From positions 62,001-102,804 of the forward strand of contig KZ538202.1 of assembly GCA_000934665.2 (NCBI GenBank): DNA of 40,804 bases, read 5' to 3'. This DNA is from Catajapyx aquilonaris (taxonomy: Eukaryota). The notes under the pieces are model-generated. The model made no database searches, had not been told where the DNA came from, and worked only from the letters and a program-made list of their open reading frames with translations. Both the position numbers and the translations under genes were made by a program. Below, piece by piece: positions 26,560-36,000 of this stretch (within the stretch, counting starts at the first letter, position 1; each line of letters opens with the position of its first letter).

Positions 26560-26697
26560 TAGTGCGAGACGGATTTGAACCGCCGACTTGAGATGGCCCC
26601 CCCCCACCTGACTTGCTTCGGGCGCTCAGCTAGCGCTATGCAATGACAAGCTGGAAGAATTAAGGCCTCACGCTCTAACCAACTGAGCTATCGCACT
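26560..26697 (-). tRNA. Intron-containing tRNA-like gene on a tRNA-Tyr-like scaffold; anticodon position TTA (ochre-suppressor-like or non-canonical tRNA); intron 26659-26595 (65 nt)
   Basis: Minus-strand exons AGTGCGA TA GCTC AGTTGGTTA GAGC G TGAGG CC TTA A | A TCTCA AGTC GGCGG TTCAAAT CCGTC TCGCACT A form a 73-nt cloverleaf with all four stems paired. A and B boxes are intact, the intron sits at canonical 37/38, and TTTTTT follows 2 nt after the discriminator. Non-canonical positions: C33 and A1:T72. Confidence 0.8.
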
Positions 26698-26729
26698 ACC
26701 GTCCTGTGGGGCCTCTCCTTTTGAGGTGC

Positions 26730-26763
26730 TTTATACCCCTCCCTCACGTGACCACTGACGTCA
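26730..26763 (-). promoter_or_regulatory. Upstream element cluster: TATAAA (26735-26730), E-box TCACGTGA (26744-26751), CRE/ATF TGACGTCA (26756-26763)
   Basis: TATA lies at -38..-33 from tRNA position 1, with two perfect 8-bp palindromic factor motifs directly upstream. Function is inferred. Confidence 0.5.
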
Positions 26764-27560
26764 CCAGGGGGGGGGGGGGTGAGGGAGAAGGGTGGGCGAT
26801 TCTGTTTCGTTCGCTCTGCAAGTATGGCGGCTCATGAGTTACTGTATTGAGCCACGTTCTGAGCAGGTTCTGAGCCCTGCTGGTCGCCTTTCTCGCCCCT
26901 TCTCTGCCTGCCCCCGGGGCGGGAGGTCGGAGGAAGTGGGGCCTCCATCGGTCCCTATCCGTGCCCCTCCAGCCAGGCTCATCTCCTCCACAAGCACGGG
27001 GGAGATTATCGTCTCCAGACCAGTTATTATTATTATTTTTGAAAGGTGAGAGAGTTCTTGATGGTAGTGGATTTCAAATGACAGTTACCAACCACATTTT
27101 GAAAATCCGCTGTAACCCTAAATAATTTTATTTTGCATCATTTTGTAGGATCCAGGTTGGAAATTTTATGGGCAGCTGAGTGTAAGTTGCTACCTCTGGT
27201 ACTACTGTTTCTCTGCCTGGCTATAGGTGAGATTTCTTGTGCACCTCAGCTGCTCGGTTTCTGTCAGTAGCTGCTTCCATTGGGCCAGCAGAGGAGGGAG
27301 GTTGCTGCCTTGCCACACCACACTCGTATATATACAAGGTATGTCTGGTTGGTGCCCGTTTCCCCATCCCTCTCTTACTGAGAGTCAGGCTTTATTATTT
27401 TATGTGCCAGGCAGGCAGGTGATATTTACCCTACTTACTACTTTTGATCTAATAGAGGTTGTAATGTCTAGTGTGATGCAGATATATCCAGTAAGGTGTT
27501 ACTTGGTTATAATTCTGAGTAGCCTACATGTTGCTATTGTGTTGTCATAACCTAACTCTA

Positions 27561-27854
27561 GACCGAAGCAGTAGTGGTGTAGTGGTATGGTGTCCGACTG
27601 CTAATCGGGAGGTCCTGGGTTCGAATCCCGGAGGCCGGCGACCCTGATCATGGTTTTCTGTGGTTTTCCATGGTCACCGCAGGATAATTCCGGGGTCGTT
27701 ACCTTAATTATAGGCCACAGCCGCTTCCTTCCTTACCTATCCTTGCCTCAATTCCGATGAAAAAGTATAGTAAAAATGGAACGAGTTCCAGACAAAAAAA
27801 ATTGGGAGAAATCCCCCCCTAATAAAGTCTAAAGCGCTGATAATGGGGTATCAA
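27561..27854 (+). mobile_element. tRNA-derived SINE (central domain resembles Nin/Inv-type invertebrate SINE cores)
   Basis: A box TGGTGTAGTGG, B box GGTTCGAATCC, body GGTTTTCTGTGGTTTTCC...TAGGCCACAGCCGCTTCCTTCC. Exact 16-bp TSD TCATAACCTAACTCTA at 27545-27560 and 27855-27870. Confidence 0.9.
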
Positions 27855-30404
27855 TCATAACCTAACTCTAATGGTAGGCCTTTCATACCAGGCGCAGTGT
27901 GTGGAAAAAAATAATTTATATGGTAGTGTAATAACTTCATCAGTTAGTGTAATATTTTTGTCTGAAAGAACCTACAATATCTGTAATTTTTGGGAGAATT
28001 GCTCAGGGTGCACAATAATTGGCCATATACATCAAATACTTATAGGAGCAGCTACATACAAAATTAATTACAATAGCATTTCTTATACATATGGTTCTAT
28101 ATATGGTTGTTTTCATACATATGGGGCCAAGTTTTTAGAGATAAATGTTACATCATTACAGAGGGAAGTAATGAGTTGGACACTGATGAGCAAGATGCCA
28201 ATTCCAATCCCCAGAATAATGGAAACAAATAATAGTGAAATAAGTGTGGAAGAAGCACAATTCGGCCAAACAAGGTACATTCCGGTCTCATATACGTCAT
28301 GAGCATATGCAGACAAGAATGAGATTGAGTGGATGAGACACACAGACTTACATCTCAGGCTGTTGGTCTGACTACACCAAGTCACCTGACGAACCAAAGA
28401 ATCACACATTCATACAATAACTACATAGATAAAACCATATGCGATCATTTAGCAATTCCGGCTTTCACATTTCCAGGAGACATGTCATGACGAATATTTC
28501 AATATGTGTCCTACCAGCTTGTTCATCTCAATGGTAGTGTTGTCTCCACATGTACCACTTAATTATTTGCGATAACGTTACACACGATACATTTGGATAG
28601 CACTTACGTCTATGTGTGCATGTACAAAAAATAGGCCCTGTTGCCATCAAGTACTGATGTACTGTACCAAAAATGTTGCGTGCGTGATAATGTAATATTT
28701 TAAAAAAAGTAAGCCTGTTCATATGGATTGACCGGTAAGTCCTTGTGACATGTTTATTCCTTCCCTTACACTCCTAAATGGCCACAAAAGGTGAACGTCT
28801 GGACAGGTACGTGAATAGCGATGGTTGTGATATTAGAAGCTTTCTTTCACTAACTGAGCCCACTCCGGTGCAAATCCAGACTCCAATGTCAGAAATGTAT
28901 AAGAAAGTTCACTGTTGCCCTGGCCCAACTAAATGTCAGGACATTGCACCACAGAACTTATCGTACTGTCACCAGTGCTGTGGGTAAAGGGCAGCTAAAC
29001 AGGTGTAATGCCAACTGCAGTTTAAATTGTGCAGTGATGTCAGTAGAACACTTTCCCTAGAGGCCTAGGAGCCAAGTACAGCTGCTACTGTTCTGAAAGA
29101 GTGCTTGATCTCATGAGATCAACGCATAAAACTCATTAGGACTTTCACTTACTGCACAAAAGCTTCAGTCATCATCTGGACAGAGACAGTTTCATTAAAA
29201 AGCTTATGAACAGATTGATGAACCGACATGAAAAGACACAATTTGATTTTTAAACATAGTGTAGTCCTCCTGACTGTGACGCATCACACCTGATATCAGT
29301 GATGCCACATCTGAGCCTCTTGAGTCTAACAGGAATTTTGACTGAAGTCAGTGGTGACTTAATCTGAAACAAAGTGAAAGCTCAAGATCAGTTGAGGAAG
29401 TACAGAACTATAGGATTCTCAGAGACGAACGATATGCAAAACATTCCAGAAAATTCAATTGAATATCCCAACAAAGTGGAAGTCCAGTTATATTATTCAT
29501 GTTATACCACCAATATGTGGATTCCATTAACCCATTCGCAGGTGCTAGTAGTCTGGCCACCCGTAGAGATCACTCCATGGCAGACAAGAGATGACCAATG
29601 CCAAAAAGACCACCGAAGGTGTCACACTGCTCACGACGGAGGGACCAAAGATGACTATTTCTCAAGAATGACGACACACAGGGAATTACTGTACAAACAG
29701 GCCTAGCACCCCAACCATAACGACACCCAGAAATAGTGTCAGCAAGGATGCCCCTATCTGCACTCTTCCATTCCAATACCATCTTTGTCGCCAGTTTTGA
29801 GTTTCCATATCTCTGTGAGGCGTAGTGGAATCCGCAATGAAGAACCCGGAGTAATACACACAGCGGGTAAAGAAAGGAGACTATATAATGGGTAAACGCA
29901 TCAGTTATTTCAGTTGCTTTAAAAAAAGGCATCTGTCTCACCCTAATCCCAGTTACACCCATTTATGACACAACTGGTAATAAGCTCCCTATTTATCTAC
30001 TAATACTACATTCGTACAGAATAACATCATTTGAAAAATTAATAAAGACCACAGACGAGTAATTAAAAGCTGCTGGTAACAACCCAATCATGTGTCTTTC
30101 ATATTATCAAATAGTTCAGGTCCCATTAAAAGGGAAATGTGCCAAAAAATGGACTATTTTAGTCATAAAATATGTAAATGAAGTTATGAAGACTCCATTA
30201 CAGGAAAAAAAAAAAATCTCATAACAACATATGAAGAAGACGTGGGTGCGTCAACCAAGACATAAAGTAGGTACTGATATAAAATAACAGCCTGCTCCAT
30301 AAAGCTAATTTAAAAAAAATTGCAATTAATTCATGTTCTACGCTTCGAACGCCAATCAAAATGCCAATAAATTGATGGTTGCAAAAGGCAATGTGTTTTG
30401 AGTA

Positions 30405-31332
30405 AGGGAGAGGGGGGTCGGTTGTAACAGGGTATGGTTGTAACATCGCCAATAATACTGTAAATACGTTTGGAAGGCCCTGAAGCTAAAACTCACACTG
30501 TAGGCCTCTAAGCTATGCCAAACTTTGGCTATTCCTTTTTTGTGTTTTGTTCTTTTATATGCAAAAAAAACAAAACAAATCAAGGTAGTGTTCCCAACTT
30601 TTTTGAGTGGCAGTGATCAAGTAATTATGTGAAGGGTACAGGTGTTATTGAATTTCCCTTGGTATCATGAGAAAGGTTCCTTTAGTAGGGTCACACTGAC
30701 TGTATGGATGACCAAATCATGTGCACAGTTAAAAAGTAGTAAGCTTATCTACAAGACAACACACTATTGGGGTCAGTTGTAACATGGTAAAATCATGGGA
30801 GAAAGGTCAAGTCTGTGTACAAATGTTATACAGCTACATATCTCACAGGATATTGAGAGTAGAAATTTTAGTTACTATTTGTGCAATAGAGCCTCTTATA
30901 ACCAGTTGTCGAAACTTTATATGAATAAAAAATCCATTTTCTTGTAATACTTATCTGCTGAATAAATATATTCCAGTGTATGGAGAGATAAAGAGTAATC
31001 TCGGTGGATCAAGTAGGCTATGAGACAATTGTCGATAGGATAAGTGGGTGTAAACTGTTCTTCCATATTACATTTCCCCTTAAAGACATAGTGTTACAAT
31101 CGACTCCGCCCTCTGTTACAACTGCTCCTATGATGGGATCATTGTAACACTCTGTACTGCCTTGGAAAAAAAATTATAAATCTATCAAATTTTATTATTA
31201 AGGTTTTATAATGTTAACTTTAGAAAGAGGGATGTTGCCTTATTTCCACCACGTCTAAATGCCTAAATGCATATGTTACTGAATTAAAAAATCCAGACTA
31301 AAAAGTGTTACAACCGACCTCACAATCTCCCT
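30405..31332. mobile_element. Tc1/mariner-superfamily non-autonomous element with TA TSD
   Basis: Ends TA|AGGGAGAGGGGGGTCGGTTGTAACA ... TGTTACAACCGACCTCACAATCTCCCT|TA. Internal GTTGTAACA/TGTTACAA(C) repeats at about 30438, 30777, 31093, 31114 and 31142. Confidence 0.75.
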
Positions 31333-31427
31333 TACTGGTACGGTGCTGGTTTTTAAAAACCCTAACATGACATTTAAAAAAAGCGATTGGGCACATTCAG
31401 TATTTGATAGAATAGATACGGTCAAGA

Positions 31428-32030
31428 TACGGTGTATTGATAATGCTGATGCTGGTGATGAAACCTCAAAAATAAATGAAGGTTGTCTAATTTGTTGTGA
31501 CCATAATGTTCTCATTTATGTTTCAGCATGAAGCTGAGTTGCTGGAGATACTGGAACCTGGAACCAGTGGTTCATCCTAGGATGTCTGTACTTGCTCTTA
31601 CTGGTGCGGGGGAGGTGGGAGGGTAGATAGTCGGTGATGGCAGCGGACTGTGTCGCTAATATATGTCTGTATCCGCAAGGAAGGAAGGTTAGGTATGGTT
31701 AGTTGGGTTGGTACAGCATACCCCTTCCAAAATCCAAAAAATCAATCTGCCTTGGCGACATAGCCAAGCTGCCCCCAGCCATCACTCCCCCTCAGCTTCC
31801 CGCACGCCGGTAAGAGCAAGGCCTTCCCAAAGTTCTTCAACATTTTCCACGGTTGGCAGAAAAGGCCATTGATGCACTTGTGGAGCTGTGTGAAGATGAT
31901 ATTGTGATGGCTGTAAGAGAGGAATAAATTTTCGTACTTATAAAAGAGGTAACTGACAGAGTTTTCTATGTTAGGTTTTGAAGCAAAGGATAATAATTTT
32001 AGACTTGGCCTGTTTCCACAAGCATAATTT
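31428..32030 (+). pseudogene. API5: Decayed 5' fragment of apoptosis inhibitor 5 (API5-like), exons 1-3 with intron remnants, interrupted by an insertion at about 31578-31823
   Basis: Pieces read YGVL/ADAGDETSK (31428-31471), ttcag|HEAELLEILE (31527-31556), FPKFF/HFPRLAEKAIDALVELCEDD..A|gtaaga (31824-31912, 1-nt frameshift) and ttag|VLKQ..DLACFHKHN (from 31975). They are colinear with the API5 N-terminus as I recall it (YGILADA..Q/HKDAYQVILD..FIPKFFKHFPELADSAINAQLDLCEDEDVS/IRRQAIKELP). Frameshifts, stops and a dead first donor are present. Confidence 0.75.
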
Positions 32031-32687
32031 TTGAGCACAAAATGAAAAGCACAAAAATAGAGCACAAAATCAAACAAACTTTATTATTACTACTTTATTA
32101 CTTTATTATTAATCGCCTTGCAACAAAAAATTGTTCTGGCTTGAATTGCATCCATAAGAAAAATTATGGGTGGAAACAGGCCTTTACTGTACAGTACATA
32201 ACATGGTGCAGGGTTCTACCTTATAAAGATGGGTCTTAACAAAAGGATAAAAACCACACCAATAAATTATTGTCTTCCCATATTATAATACATACCATAC
32301 CGAATATCTGTGTCTGACTGGTTGTAAAGTTTTCACATTAATGAGCCATATTTGACGATAAATACAATGACATTTTAGCTATCCAATATCAGCTGGTCCC
32401 AGTCTGTAATTCAAGTGTATAAATTTTAGATTGTTTCCCCCTAACAACACATTTAAAGAGAAACAACAAGTGAAACAAAACTAGTAAATATATTGTTCTG
32501 AGATAAACAATCCATAACCTTATCTACTAATCTCCTCTTAATGCTGACATGGCCATAAGGCCTCTTCTGTAAATGTGCATACTTGTGTGGTTCACATCAC
32601 CAAGTAGGCCCTATTACATATCTGCGCCGATTAATATGCTTACATTTTTCTTCACCAATGCATGTCAGGATATATACTGTACATGAG

Positions 32688-33022
32688 GGGAGACGGAGTG
32701 GCGCAGCAGTAACGCGCGCGCCCACGGATGTTAAGGTCCCGGGTTCGATCCCAGCCCGGGGACACCCCCTTCATCTCGTGCAGAGGTCGGTCACCTCTGG
32801 CTTCGTCTCGGGAGGTATTTCCTACAGACTAAACCACCCGGGGGAACTCACTAAAAATGGCCACACGTCAGATGCACTGCACTTGCACATCCCCTCCTGT
32901 CATCCTGCCCGTGGGCCCGGGCGATACGTATAAAGGCTCCAATGTATACAACAAATAAAGGTCCATGCAATAAACCCTGATAGGGTGAAAGCATTACCCA
33001 ACCAATTATTTATTATTATTAT
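32688..33022 (+). mobile_element. tRNA-derived SINE with (TAT)n tail, inserted antisense just downstream of the FAR-C stop codon
   Basis: A box TGGCGCAGCAG, B box GGTTCGATCCC, (TAT)n tail. Exact 15-bp TSD TATACTGTACATGAG at 32673-32687 and 33023-33037. Confidence 0.9.
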
Positions 33023-33068
33023 TATACTGTACATGAGCGATGGATAAGAATGGTCATTGCTCTTGTCA

Positions 33069-36000
33069 TCACTGTATCTTGATAATGGAAACCCCTATGA
33101 TCATCAGGAGGCAGCAGAAGGCAAAGGACCAGAGTAAGGTCCGAATCTGAGCAAGTCGTGAGCGAGCTGCCGGTACAGTGGAAGGGTTCTGTCTGAGGAC
33201 GAATCGACGGACTCCTGCCACATAGTCCTTCAGATGTGTGTCCCAGTTGATGCGAGATGGATGGAAAGGGAAGAGGACTCTGTCTTTGGGCGTCATCCAT
33301 TGCCATATGGCGTGCATGTGACTGCACTCGAATACCCAGTCCTCAGTGATGAAAAAGGAACAGAGGTCAGACATGATGTCCAAGCGACGCTGCAGACGTA
33401 AGCTACGGAACTGAAACTGTACAAAAGAAGCTATAAATAACCAATTCCTTTCAGATTCACCATAAGTAGATCTCACCTTCACAATATCAAAGAAGAATGC
33501 AGGCAGGAGCTGAGCGAAGAATCTGTGTATGTCATACCCAATTTTTGAGGCATGGAACACCGGCGACGGTGGTAATATTAAATCTTCAGACGGCATTTCT
33601 GACATGTAAGAGCTCACGAGTTGGTGAAATTGGCGCCATAAGAGAGGGTTGATGGTTCCGGAAGTCATGTGAAGAACCAGAGGCTTCTCGCTTATCATTT
33701 GAGTTGTACCCAGATGATGAATGCGCATGGCTGCCACTAGGAGGAAGTTGGCCAGATGATCGACGGGTACCATGTCCGACAACTTGTTTGGATCAGCCAG
33801 GACCGAATGCATCACTCCCTGGGCCATCGCAGCCATAATCGCAGTCGCACCAAATATAGACTCGACCCATCCTGGCTCCGGATCCTCTGCAGACGACACC
33901 ACTGCAAGAATCGCTTCCAGGTTAAAGAGCTACTGCCTCCAAATTCAAAAATTGTGAGAAATGAGTGGAATGTGTCTATATACAACAATGTATCCAAGTT
34001 GTAATACTTGGGACAGTGCAGTGGCCCTGCAAGATTGGCATTGCCCTTAGATTCACATTGTTAAATCTTACCGATGGATGGCCGCACAATGGCTACTGGC
34101 AGCCCATACGAAATGCATGCTTGCTGCAGATAATTCTCGGCCACAGATTTGGTGAGAACATATGTGTTGCACTTGTGACCTCTGAGTTTGGGAAGAAGCA
34201 TCTCCATTTGTTCCTGGGTGCAGCTCTCCATCAAGTCCAGCATGAGTCTTGGGGAGCAAGGGGAAGGGTAGACCATCTCTTTGACAATTGGTTTGTCTGG
34301 GCAGTCGTGGTTGCAGTAGACAGTGGAGACATGCACAAAGGCTCGAAGTTGGGGCATGCCCTGGGCAAGGCTGACCAGGTGGTGCACCGAACCCAAGTTG
34401 ACATGGGCTGCTTTCAGCAGAGGATCCGCCATTTTCACAGAGGCTCCGACATGGAAGATGACAGAAACACATTTCTCCAGTCGGTTCCACCATTCTTCAG
34501 ATAGGCCCAGTTTGTCGCATGCCAGGTCTCCCTCCACAGCCACCACCTTTGACATGCAGTCAGGTTGTTCTCTCATGGCACGACTCAACCCCTGTGTGCA
34601 GATAGGTGAAAAAAGTAATTTTTTAATTTGTAGAAACTAAAGTGCTGAATATAGCTTTTCTCATGGGAAGTAAATTACGATTCAGACATGTACATGAGTA
34701 TTTCTTTCAGATATTAAAATATTTTAGATACATTTATAGTCTTCTGCTTTTCGCAATTACTTGCAGACTTCGACCTTATTAGGGCATCATCTACCAAGTC
34801 ATGCAAAATTAAATGAAAATTTTGCAGGCTTCCAAACCCCTTTTATTGCCATTTTAAAATAAAACAAATTGCAAGTTGACAACACTACAACCTCCCATAT
34901 CTTAACTCAAGATCCTTGGTATGCAATTATAGCGTTCAATTTTCTAGTCGATGCTGTAAATCTCACTGACATTAATATATCCATGTCACCCTGCATTCTT
35001 AGAGAATTATTTCCAACCTTTTCACTCAATATCCTACTTAATAATCTTTAGACCTCATCACAAGTCACCTCGTGCTTCCTTTGTGAAAGTGATAGGAGCT
35101 AGTCTATTTAATTGCCGGATTTGAGCTCTTTTCTCAACATAATTTCTTTTTAAGGTATTCGATGAGAATAAGGACATAGTGTAATCATATTATTCGATTA
35201 TATCCATTCAGAGCAGTATCTTCAACCATTATCTCCATTTTAGACCAGGGCCCTTTCATTATTATCGATTCAAATGCATAAATTACATAGTAAATTATTA
35301 GGACCAGTTCGAATTATGGAGAACTTATTAGATCTAGAAATTCTACATAGAGTTGAACAGAAAATATTCAAAAATCTCCACCAGGCTGTAGCTTCATTCC
35401 GAATTGCACAAAAATGGTTCCTGGTTAGACTGGTCACAAGGAGGGTAGCATAGTCTCTTTTTGCAATTACGTGAATGTCCAGTACATCAGAAGGAGTGGT
35501 CCTCCTAATAACCCGAACAAAACCTCGGAGTCCGTACTACATGATCACAATTCATCTTTTATGTGTACAACTTCGCATTGATTTCGTTCCAGGATAATAA
35601 TTCTACTGTAACTGACACAAAATTGGAAAAATTATTGAGGCTGTATTTAAATTTATTGAAATGATTCATGTTAATATAAAATACATTCCTGAGTTCCTGC
35701 CTCCTGGTAGCATCTTTCCATATTTTTGCTATTTATAAGTCATTACTTTGATGCAATTTTTGATGCAGAAAAGAGACACGCACTTTTGCATGTAGGTGAA
35801 GTGAAGTGAAAGCTTGTGAGAACTCCACGTACGGTATTAGTCATACACTATAGGTTGGTGCATTGGGGCCTTAGAGCCAGGAAGAACAGCCACAGCAACA
35901 TAGTAATCCTTACCAATCAAGAAATCAAGCAAAAGAAGAGAGCTTCCAAAGCATGTGTACTTCACAACGTGGAAGAGAGGTTTTGGGAATGTGGGAAGAA

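Noticed and set aside
27568..27640. tRNA-like head with a GCT-like anticodon loop
   Set aside because: No paired acceptor stem or terminator; it runs into a SINE body bounded by a 16-bp TSD.
28778..29100. Cys-rich short ORF, possible decayed zinc finger
   Set aside because: Cys/His spacing does not fit a known finger and no consistent exon structure is visible.
32690..32765. tRNA-like A/B boxes
   Set aside because: SINE head with body, tail and TSD; not a tRNA gene.
8438..33071. Functional link between the TTA-anticodon tRNA-like gene and readthrough of the neighbouring FAR genes
   Set aside because: Both complete FAR genes end in TGA, not TAA, and have no in-frame TAA; nothing local supports a link.
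33756..34640. Plus-strand ORFs of 82-179 aa
   Set aside because: Antisense shadows of FAR-C exons.
34900..35680. Possible CR1-type LINE remnant on the minus strand (EARGDL..LKIIK-like)
   Set aside because: Only one weak motif; cannot be supported without a search.
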